From assembly GCF_000981445.1 (NCBI RefSeq), contig NC_027218.1:124001-188000 (forward strand): DNA of 64,000 bases, in the 5' to 3' direction. The DNA is from Babesia bigemina. Its lineage: Eukaryota. Made by a program: the position numbers and the translations under genes. Below the pieces are notes generated by a model that saw nothing but the letters and a program-made list of their open reading frames with translations, searched no databases and had not been told where the DNA came from. Shown here piece by piece: positions 1 to 11,900 of the stretch; the first letter of the stretch is position 1, and every line of letters starts with the position of its first letter.

Positions 1-1837
1 CGCGTAAAAATGGTATGGCCACCTGCTTTAACAAACTCTCAAACACAGGCGCCGAATCGATGGAGTAGCCCTGAGCAGTGAGCTCCTGCGAAATTTGCTC
101 CGCAGAGTATACGCGGTTCTTTAAGGCGCTTATTATCGCGCCTTTTAGAATGTATCGGTAAATAATCTGCGATACTTTTGAGCTCTGGGTCTCGCGCAGC
201 GTTTTCACATGCTTCATGCTCTCCAGCAGTCGGTTGCTCCAGTTGACTTGATAGGTTTTCATCAGGGCACCGTACTTGTTATAAAACTCACTGTCTCGCT
301 TAAGTTTAAGCGTCCAGAGCTTACCGTGTTGCATTGCCACCTGCGATATCATCTCGTGGACCATGCGCACTGGGAGGCCAGTGAGGCTGTGCACAGCCTC
401 AATGGTCACGTGACCGTACGCACCCTTCTGCAACAAATCTCTCATCACAACATCGCGATAAAACAGTCCCAATATCACGTCGCGACATACTATCAAATAC
501 GCGCGATCTTCATCGTCAAAATCATCCTCTGTGGTATAATTGGGAATCGCATGCTCCGACGACAAAATCCAGTTGCCGTCAATGTTGGTCGCAAACTCCT
601 GCAGCATTACGATCAATTGATCGTCGCTTACTTCAGGCCCCGCAATAATGTCCTTCTTCAGTGCGTAAAAGGAGTCTATGTACCTCTGGGTGAGCAGCAA
701 CTTCAGCTGCGTCCGCACATCCAAGGTGCCCATGAAACGGACATTCGGCGTGTTTTCGTGCATGCATCGATATGCTATCTGACCATTGTCTGTACTGAAT
801 GCGGGATTTGTTGAGTGTTGGTAGCCATCCACATCTGACTCCAGACTGCGGTGCCATTCATCCTGGTATTTGCCGTACTCCTGGGCAAAGCAGACTGCAT
901 TTATGTACATCGACGGATTTTCGTGGAAGTATATCGGCCTACGTGCAAGTTGTTGCAGTGTCCGGCACCTCTGTGTCAACATCTGCACGATTTCACGAGA
1001 TTCAGCCGAATCCATTTCGCTTATCTTGCCCACGTCACGCCACTGCAGGTTGCGATTCTGAAACAAGCTGTTCAAAGTGTCGTCGAAATTTACAATCTCA
1101 CTCATGTAGGGTTTAACCTTTGGCCGCAGCTGTATCACCCCGCGAACCGGCACAATATGCAGCGACCGCACCAAACCGCTATCGGTCTCCTCCACTACGA
1201 GCACGCCAAGGCAATCAGAGACGTGATCCCCAGTCACAATTTCAGACCTCAGTTTCAAGGTCTTCTTCTTGTCGGCGGAAACCGGTTTGGAGAGGTCGAA
1301 CAGGTGGATGGTGTTAGTCAAATCCGAGGGCTCGTATCGAAGAAAAGGGCTTGAAGCACGAGAGCTCTTCTTAGCTGATAGCGACATCACGTTCACCGGA
1401 TATTTTGTACCCAGATCATAGACGAACTTTAGGTAGGGGCAACTGCTTCGTTTGGTTTTCTTGATAATGGATGCCACTCCGTATGTACGTTCATCGACCA
1501 CCTCGCGCTTCGACTCCTTACCGATGGACAATGTCGACAACGGCAGCATATCCGTTGCGTTGGAACTTAGGGCAATGCGATTTTGTATGTCCACATCCTT
1601 GGAAGCGTTGGGGCAATCGGAAGTTGACAACTCCAGCGGGTACTGCAGCAGAAACAAATCGCCGAAGGGCTTGCTGCACAACTCGCTTGCCACGGAAATT
1701 GTTTTGGCTGGCTCAGCAATACGACCCAACAGGTCTTGGAGTACCGTATTGTTTACGAATACGTCAAACTCGCAAACAACAGGGTCATCTTCCACCGGAT
1801 CCAGGTCCATGGCGTCATCTTCACGGGCATCCCTCAT
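1..1837 (-). CDS. RPC5: RNA polymerase III subunit RPC5 (Sin-like/POLR3E); 3' end runs off the window
   Basis: Absent from the ORF track, consistent with no stop inside the window. Manual translation from ATG 1837 gives MRDAREDDAMDLDPVEDDPVVCEFDVFVN...LFLLQYP, matching the RPC5 N-terminus EDDPVVxEIDV...LxQYP. The same frame later reads FATNIDGNWILSSE...CRDVILGLF...WTLKLKRDSEFYNKY. Confidence 0.85.
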   Translation of the reverse strand, partial: MRDAREDDAMDLDPVEDDPVVCEFDVFVNNTVLQDLLGRIAEPAKTISVASELCSKPFGDLFLLQYPLELSTSDCPNASKDVDIQNRIALSSNATDMLPLSTLSIGKESKREVVDERTYGVASIIKKTKRSSCPYLKFVYDLGTKYPVNVMSLSAKKSSRASSPFLRYEPSDLTNTIHLFDLSKPVSADKKKTLKLRSEIVTGDHVSDCLGVLVVEETDSGLVRSLHIVPVRGVIQLRPKVKPYMSEIVNFDDTLNSLFQNRNLQWRDVGKISEMDSAESREIVQMLTQRCRTLQQLARRPIYFHENPSMYINAVCFAQEYGKYQDEWHRSLESDVDGYQHSTNPAFSTDNGQIAYRCMHENTPNVRFMGTLDVRTQLKLLLTQRYIDSFYALKKDIIAGPEVSDDQLIVMLQEFATNIDGNWILSSEHAIPNYTTEDDFDDEDRAYLIVCRDVILGLFYRDVVMRDLLQKGAYGHVTIEAVHSLTGLPVRMVHEMISQVAMQHGKLWTLKLKRDSEFYNKYGALMKTYQVNWSNRLLESMKHVKTLRETQSSKVSQIIYRYILKGAIISALKNRVYSAEQISQELTAQGYSIDSAPVFESLLKQVAIPFLR

Positions 1838-2521
1838 TTCATTCGACGACAAACGAGAAAACAAATAGAAGCATCAATGAAGCGAATTGTGATTCAAAAG
1901 TACAATAACGTTTGTGGATTCGAAAATTGATGCGAAAATCCATAGAAGGAACTCAGCGTTATGCGATGTCAATGCGATAGAATCCTAAAATACGAGCACA
2001 GAGTATCCCTAACGTACCTCAGAAAGAGCATTCAAACGTAACATTGGTTCAATATACCAGTGCGATACTGTGAAACTGCCCTTGTTATATATCCCTGTCA
2101 AATTAGTTGACAATTTGATCCATGAGGTATAGGGACGAGAGATCAAGGCTGAATGCTTCACTCATTTCCTTTCGGCGATGAACGTTGTTTGATACACTTC
2201 TGTGTCGATTTGTGTGACTTTCTTGCGATATTTTCCTCAATAATCCGACGAAGGTAGGGGAACATGTCTATCCTTCCACTGCGTGTCTGATAACGCAACG
2301 AGAATACACCGAAGTGCATAGGCTCAGCCGCTACAGTTAGTTTTATTATGTCGTTGATTAAAATTTTAAAATATGGGCAACTTAGCGTTATATTTGATGC
2401 CGCGATATTAGCCTCATCGCTCTTGTGACGACCGCCCCAACTGCTGTATTTCGTGGAGGTGACGGTACTTACAGAGACACGCAGCAATATTTCTAATAGG
2501 TGTATTGTAACTGAACGGCAT

Positions 2522-4440
2522 ATGTCTAGGGAGGAGGAAATAGCATATGTGTGTTTATATTTGTCGGCTTATTCGTTGAATCAACTTTGGGTTAAACGGT
2601 TACACATATGTGTATTGGCGCCAACATCCTACACCGCTGTGCCGTACCTATTATGCTGACGTGTATTCTGCAGTACAACTATCCGTGCACATTGGCATAA
2701 AGGTGGAGGGATGCGTGGATGGAATGTTCAACGTGTCGTACTTGTCAGTGTCTATCGATCGAAGGGTATTCGACATTGTTACGAGTAGCCTGATGGTATA
2801 GGTGTTGGTCTTGAAGTCTCTGCATCCTCCGCGTGTCTTGCGCTATAATCCTCGCTGATGACGAAGACATAGAAGTCAGTGCAAGCAAAAATGAGGTCTA
2901 CATGGCTTAACTTACGCAAGGCTGTAACGGAAATCAACAATTTCACGGTAAGAGTGCTCTAGAGAAACCAGCAGTTCATATTTTACAGCAATTACTCTAC
3001 AGTGAATCCGACGATGACGGAGAGCAACCTCAACCAGCGTCTCACTTATCAGAGGTGTGTCTACTGTAGCGACGTACCATTCACGTTACACCTAGGACGT
3101 GCATCGACTTTCATACGCATCTGCGACATCGGATAATCAACAAGAGCACGATCAAAGCGGATTGGAATCTGCTGAACAGCGCATGCGTATGATCAATACA
3201 CTGGGGAAGGTGCGTTTGTTTATTCAGGCATACTGATGCGCTTGTGTAGGCATCGGGTGATAAAAATGATGACGTTTTGGGCGATTTCACTGCTCAACTT
3301 ATATCACAATATGAGCATGGATTGCAGCAGGGTGGAGGAACTTTTGACAAATCACCACTCGCTAAGGCGATGCCGTCGAGAGACAGTATCCGTTCATCAG
3401 CTTTTCAAGACGTGGATCGTATGAAAATATTTCATTTCGGTGATTTGGAAAACGAGTCTGCTGATTCTGCATCGTCTGTTGCCGTGTCTGGCAGGTTGTA
3501 CATTCTATACAAAATGTGTCTCACCCTCGAGTCCCTGTGGATGGACATTGAGGGTAGGGTGCGCGACGCTACAGGGTCGCCCATGTTCGTGCCCCCAATG
3601 CAGCGACCCAGTTGTTGGCAGAAGTGCCACAGCGTCCACAACGAACACACCGAGAAAATACTGTCTTGGCTGGAGCGGTCCCTTCACACTATGGCAGTGC
3701 TTTCACGAACAATGGGCATCGATGCTCCCCGCATTTACGAAGGGCCTAGCGTCCTGCTTGCATCGGTGAATGAAGCCGAACCCATTGCTGCCGGGGAACG
3801 AGACCCCTCATCGCATTCCAGCACCGCAGGCGGGGCTCAAGAGGAAACTCCTGGGGAGTACATGCGGCTCATCAAGTACATATCTAAGATGCAGGTTAGT
3901 TCCGCGTCTCACTGTGGAACACAAAGTGCAGACCGACCACGACCGAAGGGTGCAGAAGCTGCAGGCCACACAGGACGCAGCACTAGTGAAGGCCACAAAA
4001 TCGGCAGAACTCGAAAAACAGGTATGTTCTACACACATGATTACAATTTGCCACAGGTAGAATCACTGCAGGAGCGCATTGCGCAATTGGAAGAGCAGCT
4101 GGCAGAGAAGCGTGACGAAGTCAAGCAGCTCACCGACTCCCTGCTCAACGCCAACACTGTGAACACGCAATTGGTGCAGAAAAACGAGCAGCTTATTGCG
4201 ACGAATCAGAGGTTGTTAATGACCAAGAGCGATTTCTTAGACAAGGATACTGTCAACAACATGATTCAACAGTACTACGAGCAGGAGCGCGCTGGCAATC
4301 ATCGCCGCGAGGACATAATTAGGATTCTAGAGAGCATGCTTGGAATCGAACCGCCTGCTGCCACGAACCAGATACCTCAAGTAGCGAACGCTCGTACCCT
4401 TGCCAGCCAGTTCATAGAATTCCTCGACGAGGAAACGTGA
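2522..4440 (+). CDS. Multi-exon coiled-coil protein with C-terminal GRAB-like domain (Rud3/GMAP-210-type golgin); start uncertain
   Basis: Several short GT-AG introns between 2.9 and 3.25 kb, plus 3895-3931 and 4022-4056. A coiled coil is followed by DKDTVNNMIQQYY...RREDIIRILESMLGI...LASQFIEFLDEET, which resembles GRAB plus the GA1 motif. Confidence 0.6.
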
Positions 4441-4829
4441 ACGGCTTCCCGCATCGCACGTACAATTACGAAACTATAGTATTATAATTGTTGATATTGG
4501 TGGAAATGCCTTTATAGCGCACTTAATGAGTTGTGCCGCGGTTTTGACGAAATGTGTGGAAGGAGGTGTGGCCGCCACAAACGCGCCGGGCATACGTAAC
4601 CTGAGTTATATTCTCACATATTCATTTCCAGTTATAAAGGCGGTAGCTTCGCTTGCCGTATGTCTTCTTGATGTATCATGGCTGTGATTGTGTATCGCAC
4701 TATGAGATGGAGAGCTCTCACTCCGTCCATACTTAACAATGTCTAGAGCTGGCGTTCGTTATCCCTGTGGCAGCTCATGCGAATAGGAATGTAGTTAGTA
4801 TAGATCAGGCTTAATTTTCGTTAACCACA

Positions 4830-6635
4830 ATGGCGCTACACGGCTCCGCGCCGATATCCAGCAGCCTCTACTTGACCAAGCGTGCGAGACTCTCCGACGC
4901 TCTGGTAAAGGATAGGGGTTTCAGTGAACAGGGTGGAGTGGCAAATGATGTGACTGATCTCAGCCACCCATCAAATCGCATCCAAGCAAAGTCTGGAGTG
5001 ACAACTTCGAATGAGCATGAGGTACATCGCGGACTCGTCGAATTGGCTAGACGCAGGCTTAAATTGGCGTCGCTAGATATACATTCAGATGATTCGAGAA
5101 CATCCATCTGCGACGGACTATCAGAAGGGATCAAGTTCCTTTCACAGCAGCGATGTCTAGGCGACGTTTCGGCTCGAATGGACTTTGGATATCCTGTGAT
5201 GAGTATGCCACCGAAGAGCTCGCCTCTGGTCGGGCGTGTTAATGACATTGCTGCCATGGTAAATCCGGATGGATCTCCCAGAGGAAAGGGCACACTCTCC
5301 AAGCGCGTTGCCGTGGGGGCAGATTATGTAGAGACCGTGGTAGGGCCGCTGAGTGCCAACGAGGTGGCACATATATTGTTGCTGGCGCAAAAGCTCAAAG
5401 AAACGAACCAAATTGATGACACGCTGGAACGGAACATAGAGATGTCCGCTAACATGTGGAAACAAACAGGAAAGGTGCCGAACGTAGTGGCCACGGCTGT
5501 TGTCGCCGGCCTTTATGAAGGAAAAGCATATCAGTGCGCGACGTGTGGCATTCGGTTCAGCACATATGATGCTAGGAGTAGACATTCCTCGTCGCATGAA
5601 GAGTCCAGACGTGACCTTCTCTGGTCAACCCTGGACGAGTGGATCAGCACTCCGCATCTGCCGAGCGCGGTTAGGAGCGGTCAAAAGGTGATGATGACAC
5701 TTAAAGGCATCAGCAACGTTCTGTTAAAGGACACTTTGTCTGCGTCTCCGAACCTAAAATGGCTTCGAGAAGCACTGTTTTGGAGGGTTGGCGTCGAGAA
5801 CACTACGAAAGACGTAGAGATGGAGTCCGACGCCCCCATAGACAAAACCGACTGCATAGGTGGCAGCTCCAGTGAAGATCGGGATGAATCGCTGCAATCA
5901 TTATGGTCGTGGGGAACGATGAAAGATTGCCATGGCACCCCGGCCGTAAACACCTACGGAGGGGTGGTAGGAACCATAGGGGTCGAATCTGACGTGCACA
6001 TTATGCTGGAAACGTGTCATAAGGTCAAGTTCAACATAGCGAGGTGCAAATCTAACGTTCCCTTCCCCGTGAACTTTGCCGATCTGACCCGAAAATGCTG
6101 TGTTATCTGCCACGACGCCCTAGAAGTGAAATTCAACGCCGCATACAACTGTTACACATACTGGGATACGGCGTGTTTCAAACTTGACGGTGACTACATC
6201 AAGAGGGCTTTCGAAGATGAGCAATTGTCTTGCAAAACTTTGCTTGCGACCAACGGTCTCAGCAATATGGAAGACCCATTCTTGATCCTCCGCAAGTCAG
6301 CCGCCCTTACGCTGGTGAAATCAACTCTGACTACACGCCGCAAAAAGGGATTGGTAGGCACGTCCGGAAGAGAATTTGTGACAACAGGGAGTGCGGCCGT
6401 GCCGCCAGAGCGAAAGACGCTGTGGCCGGACAATCAGCAGCTGACGGGTGAATTAGTTCAAAAGTGGAATGGCCCTTTTGCTGCTGCTAGTGGTGCCCCT
6501 GGTATACCAAACAGCCTCATGTACGCGCACAGCCACTGCATTAAATTCATTCTCAATGCGCATATCCGCCGCGCAAAAGTACTAATAGATGGAAATCCCT
6601 GCGCACAAGATATCGCATCCATCAGTCTACTATAA
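4830..6635 (+). CDS. Pcf11-like zinc-finger protein (pre-mRNA 3'-end processing)
   Basis: LYEGKAYQCATCGIRF...RHSSSH...LWSTLDEWI (C2H2 finger plus W-x4-EW Clp1-binding-like motif). Second finger CVICHDALEVKFN...YAHSHC. Confidence 0.6.
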   Translation: MALHGSAPISSSLYLTKRARLSDALVKDRGFSEQGGVANDVTDLSHPSNRIQAKSGVTTSNEHEVHRGLVELARRRLKLASLDIHSDDSRTSICDGLSEGIKFLSQQRCLGDVSARMDFGYPVMSMPPKSSPLVGRVNDIAAMVNPDGSPRGKGTLSKRVAVGADYVETVVGPLSANEVAHILLLAQKLKETNQIDDTLERNIEMSANMWKQTGKVPNVVATAVVAGLYEGKAYQCATCGIRFSTYDARSRHSSSHEESRRDLLWSTLDEWISTPHLPSAVRSGQKVMMTLKGISNVLLKDTLSASPNLKWLREALFWRVGVENTTKDVEMESDAPIDKTDCIGGSSSEDRDESLQSLWSWGTMKDCHGTPAVNTYGGVVGTIGVESDVHIMLETCHKVKFNIARCKSNVPFPVNFADLTRKCCVICHDALEVKFNAAYNCYTYWDTACFKLDGDYIKRAFEDEQLSCKTLLATNGLSNMEDPFLILRKSAALTLVKSTLTTRRKKGLVGTSGREFVTTGSAAVPPERKTLWPDNQQLTGELVQKWNGPFAAASGAPGIPNSLMYAHSHCIKFILNAHIRRAKVLIDGNPCAQDIASISLL

Positions 6636-7099
6636 AATTACGCGAGGGTTGCACGAACAATAGAGATGTAATGATTTTATGTCTATTATCGTCTGTTGAT
6701 GTTTTTACCGTGATTTCAGTCGCCGCCTGTCGTTTCGAATGCTTTGCGTGAATGGCCGAAACGATTGTATTGATGTGGCATAAACATCTCAACGCTTATT
6801 ATACTAGGTGAAGTTGAATCCAGTGGATTAAGGGGTTGAAGACGTCCAAAGTACGTCGAATATTTTACATGTTTCCATAGTGCCAAAATAGAAACATTAT
6901 GACGATGCAATGCCCTACATTTGCATTACATAGGTGTTGCGGTCTTTACATTATACGCGCACTATGCGGAACTACACTGCGCTTGGGCGCCAAATAAGAG
7001 TACCGATTGGCGTCAACCTCCTCGGGAATATTGTCACCGATTAGGTTATTCGTGGATACGTCAGAACGCTTGACTTATATAGCACATGTGCCACGTAGT

Positions 7100-7834
7100 T
7101 CATAAAAACATCTTGCGGAGTTTATCGCGGTACTGGTGCCAAACGAAAAGCAGGATCACTGCGATTGCAACCAAGACAACCACTATAGTGCCCAGGCGAA
7201 CATACGAGTCTTGAGAGCACAATTTGCCACACATGTCGCATTTTATCAAGCAGTTGCCATCCTTTTGCGGTTCGCCGAAAATGCACCTGCATTTCCGATC
7301 GTGTTTGCTAGTGTAGCACTTGCAGTCCTCACCACGGGTGCATTTGCATTCTTTGGCATAGAAAGGCTGTCCGTTGTCATCGTATGTGCCGTGGCCTTGG
7401 CATTTATCAGCACATTTCCCGAGTACGTAGCCGTCGCAAGTATCTTTACTCTTACATTTGCCAGGATTGCAAAAGTAACAGCAGGCACAAAGGAAGCCAT
7501 TACATTGCGTTCCGCAGCTGCATTGATAGCATATGCATTTATCACTATCCTTGCATTTCACTTTACAACGTTCACAACTACCTCCCGGTACTTTTCCCTT
7601 ACACGTACCATTACTGTCCTTTGCGTAACAATCATCTTTACAACCACAGCGGGGAGTACAACATTTACATTTCTGTCCTGGCGTGCATCTCTTTTCGCAG
7701 CCCTTACATCCGGGGGGGCAGCCAGACTTGTACTCTGTACAAGTAGACTCATAACAAGTACCATCCTTATAGTGAGGACATTTACTTGTATCACATATAC
7801 ACGAGTTTGTCTCCTCCACCTGATCCTTCACCAT
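7100..7834 (-). CDS. Long Cys/Lys-rich protein with a single C-terminal TM helix; tail truncated by frameshift
   Basis: About 40 Cys in about 210 aa, followed by LGTIVVVLVAIAVILLFVW. Colinear paralog of 53838..54725. No signal peptide. Confidence 0.75.
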   Translation of the reverse strand: MVKDQVEETNSCICDTSKCPHYKDGTCYESTCTEYKSGCPPGCKGCEKRCTPGQKCKCCTPRCGCKDDCYAKDSNGTCKGKVPGGSCERCKVKCKDSDKCICYQCSCGTQCNGFLCACCYFCNPGKCKSKDTCDGYVLGKCADKCQGHGTYDDNGQPFYAKECKCTRGEDCKCYTSKHDRKCRCIFGEPQKDGNCLIKCDMCGKLCSQDSYVRLGTIVVVLVAIAVILLFVWHQYRDKLRKMFL

Positions 7835-8983
7835 CCTCCCTTGACTTCATTCAAACGCCACCTAGGGCAAAAGGCTGTATATTTGAGGTCTCTGCCATTT
7901 TTTAAAAATAGAGGTATATAGCGCTTCGATTCACATGTGCAAAGCGCTGTTTATGTATTGCCTTTGCAAGCGTGGTCGCACATCCCGCAACGCCGACACA
8001 CTGCGAGAGTTCACAACCGCGACATGCATGGACGATTCAAGCGTTACACATTATTGTGAATAGGTTACACATAAACATTTGTTGTCGAAGTACACCGGAC
8101 GGACCACCACAATCATCTTCTATTTATCACGCCACGCTTGGGCTTCAACCTACCGTGCCATTGGCTAACTGCCTTATCCTAACGGCAGCTAGTCTGCAAT
8201 ATTGCAGCCTTAGTGGATATTGCAACTTGGCTTATAGAAGCCATGTAATTACTCACTAACGTGCTTAGCAGATCGGTCAGCGCCGTGGTCATGACCATGA
8301 GCGAGTTTCCACTCGTCTTCTAGCCGCCTGAGGTATATCCAGCACTACACATGTCTGATTGATACAATGTTTTCATATGCTGTTAAGATAGCACCCATTT
8401 AACGCCGATGTGTGTAACCAAACACCTTGTATCCTAGCCGACGCGACACACCGCCCATCACTCCAACCACTCAGTTTCAATGGCAATAAATGATCACTGA
8501 AGTCAACCTACATTATGTATTGGGTATCTATTCAGATGTGTTATGTTACGGGTGGAATTAGGTAAGGTAAATAAGCGAATTTGCCAACACGCGACGAGGG
8601 AAGTTGCAACTACACATATCCGTCGTAGACTGCCAAACGGTACTTTACCAAGAGATTTTGTAGTGTTTATGGCGCTACGTCCATGTTAGACGCCTTATAA
8701 TGGCGTCACAACTGGAAATATAGGCAACTACCTCATCCACTCAGCTGTAAAGCGAAACTTAGCGCCATCCGTGCAACAGTCTGCATCCTTCCACGTTTTA
8801 TACCAACTCCGTTCATGAGTGGTGCGACAATTTGGGTACGATTGTCGTAGAATATCACTTGAATGCGGCACTTATAAGCGTACAGCAATCTGTTGTATGC
8901 GAGCCAGGCTGCGCAGCGGCATCATTGCTCGGCTATTCCACTTAACTATACGGCAACTATCGTGGGGAATCACGATACGACTA

Positions 8984-11900
8984 TCATTGAAAAAGTGTGT
9001 TCGATGCTTCAGTGAGTTCATCGTCGTCGTCGAAGTATTCGATGTCGTAAAGTGAGATCATATTTCTGCTTAGAGAGAGCAGCACCTTGACGTCGATAGC
9101 GTGTGATACCTTGCAGCGCATGATGTGAGAACGAATGCGCAGCATGTCCCGACGATACAGTATTGCGTGAACGAGAAGGCAGAATGCGGCAGACCAAAGT
9201 GCGAATCCAAGTATGATGAAAGGCATCCTGATCCTGTACAGGAAGGAGTCCATGCAGGTCACAAGCTTTGCAACAGCGTCGCCGTTGACCACTTCCTCCA
9301 GCTTGGCGATGACGTCCGAACACTTCACTGCAGATGCTGGCATGCCCTCCGGCGGCGTGAACCCGTGATAGTAGAGGAGTGGCAGCGCATCGGCACAGTG
9401 ATGGTTGGCTCTAACGTTTGAACATTGGAGCCTGTCTAGATCATAAAGCAGCTTGTCGAGTGACTCCCACAGTCTGTCGGTTAGATATACCGTCCAGCTG
9501 AGGTAGGTATGTGAGAAGATAGGAGAGTACAGGGCATATGCCCGGTAGGTGATTGGCGACAAATGTCTATGGCAGTGAACGTTGCCAATGTGGCACCCAA
9601 GCAGCGTGAACAGTGTATTGGGGTGACAGTTGCCAGAGCTGGGAGATTGACAACCCCGGAAGTCACGCACAGCGTCGAGGTCGGGGCGACCGAGATGATC
9701 CCAATTGGGGCAGCAGTCGTGTGGAGTGGAGAGAGCGGTGCCCAGGTTTGACGGCCCTTTCGAATATGATAAGTGCAGCTCATTTCCGAAATGATGGAAG
9801 AATGAGACAAGTTCCCCGGTGGTCCTCGGCGTCCTTCTGGTAAGGCAGTTGAGATAAGACGATAACGTCAATAAGGGGTCGTCACCGCCACAAGTGGGAG
9901 ACAGGATGGTGGATAGATAGCTGCCATCATGGGATTCATCAGGCAAACCCTCGTATCGAAATCCCATTTTGACACGGCTCTTAAGACAGATGTTGCCCGG
10001 ATCGAAGAGATAAGTGTCGAAGTCCGAGTAACACCCATCAGTCAGGAAGGCCTGGAGAGGGGAGTTGGGAGAAGTGATGTCACTACCGTACTTACAATCC
10101 TGCCAACCACCATGTGACTTATCCCGATTACACTGCGCCTTCAGGAACTGCAACTGGTGGTGAGCGGCGTAGACGTAGTCCCGCAGCTGACAGAGGAGGC
10201 AGGCGGGGTCAGGGGAATAATAAAACCCATTGTTATCTTGATTTTTGAAAAAGGATTTAAAAGCATCCGAAACGTCTTTATGCTTAAACCTGTAGAGAAA
10301 GTTGGCCGCGAAGTGGCACGAGTCTGTAAGGGTTTTGGTTACCAGGGAAGTGGTCAAGGCGGCGATATCAAGGCTATCTGGAAACTGGTAGACACTGCTG
10401 GCGTTGTTAATATCCTCCAAAATGCATACCACATGCTCCGTAATCCTCTCAATATAACCATATTCAGTCAAGCCTACGATCCAGAAGAGCATTCCCCTGA
10501 TAGTTTGAGGCGGGGGCAGATGGTCGGAGTTTGGAGCAGGAGAGAATGTTGACGACTTGGATGAAGGGTCCACATACCATGGGTTAAGACATTGAGTAGG
10601 ATCCGGAAAGAGTGGAAGATCCCGGGCAGACACCTGCCGTGAAGGATCCCGCGGTATCCCGGGATCTTGGTGCCCATTATATTCAAAAAATGCCGGGGTG
10701 AAGTCAAGATTGAAATTACTTTTTGGCAGTCCAGAAAAGTCCTTGTCTTCCCCGTACCAGGATTCAGCATTTTTAATTTCATTTCGCAAGATACTGTCCG
10801 CGTTCGCGTAATGGTCATAATATAAGTCTACATCGTGTAGGGCATCTTGGACTGCACGATCGGGGACGTGGATAGAAACTTCAAATGGGAGATCGCTTTC
10901 ATTTTGAATCGTTGAGCGATCTGCTCGTTCGACGAGAACTGTAGGCAGAATAGGCGGTAACCCCAGCGATTCAAGAGGATCAACATGCTGTATTTCCAAG
11001 GATATGTCCTTAGGCTTAGAATCTGTATCAGTCGACCATTTGTTTGCAACATCAATATCCACATGAGGTGCTGACAGTTCCAGAGTTCGTTGAATAAAGC
11101 TAGTATCGGGGACTAGCGGGACGTTATGCTCAGCTACCTGTCTAGGAGAATCACGCGGCATTCCTGGGTCTTCGTACCCTTCAAGTCCGGGGAGGCCCTG
11201 CACAAAGTCCAGATGGAAGTTAGTCCGTGGCACGTCAGAAAAGCTTTTGATTTCGCCAGTTGCGTGACCAAGCTCTTGGTATCGATCTCTTAGTATATCG
11301 TATGTTTTCGCATAAGGGGCATCTAAATCCAAGTCATTGACAGACACGGGGTCGGCAAATGGGCGCTTAGCGACCTCTATGAAAAGATCGGGTGGTGTAT
11401 CTGCTTTAATGGGAGTGTACGCTTCTACAACTTCTAGATTTATTGGAGGTAAGGGATCCAAGAAGTCTGTGGGGACAAACGATTCTCGAAATTTTCTCTT
11501 TTCATCTTTTACTGGCGAAATTCCAGACTTATCAGTGGGAAATGAATGAATTGAGTATTTGTCTGTCGACAATGCTCCCTCCGTGGGAATATTGATGAGG
11601 TGTTGTATGGGCACAGGAGGGTGAGGAAAATTATGGTCAGCAAGCGGAGGTTGCTGGAAATGAATCATGCTCGGTGCTTCTGGATAATTACTCTGTGTTT
11701 CCTTTATTGGATCCATGATGGGTAACCCCCCAAGTTCGACGAAGACGGGTTGTAAGGGGGCATCTGGGTTATGTTTAAGAGGGTAACCGTAGACGTCGAC
11801 ACCTCCTGAAAATATGAAGTCTTGATGCCATTTGTTTTGCAGCTTTTCATGAGCATCTTTCTGCAGTTTGCGTTTTTCCTCTTCATCCTGTTTTCTACGT

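Noticed and set aside
790..832. Apparent GT-AG intron in RPC5
   Set aside because: The reading frame runs straight through it without a stop, and removing it would shift the frame.
209..1930. Plus-strand ORFs of 60-200 aa
   Set aside because: Antisense shadows of the minus-strand RPC5 gene.
7136..7921. Hydrophobic 261-aa plus-strand ORF
   Set aside because: Antisense of Cys/Lys codons. Paralog conservation, including the fossil tail, is on the minus strand.
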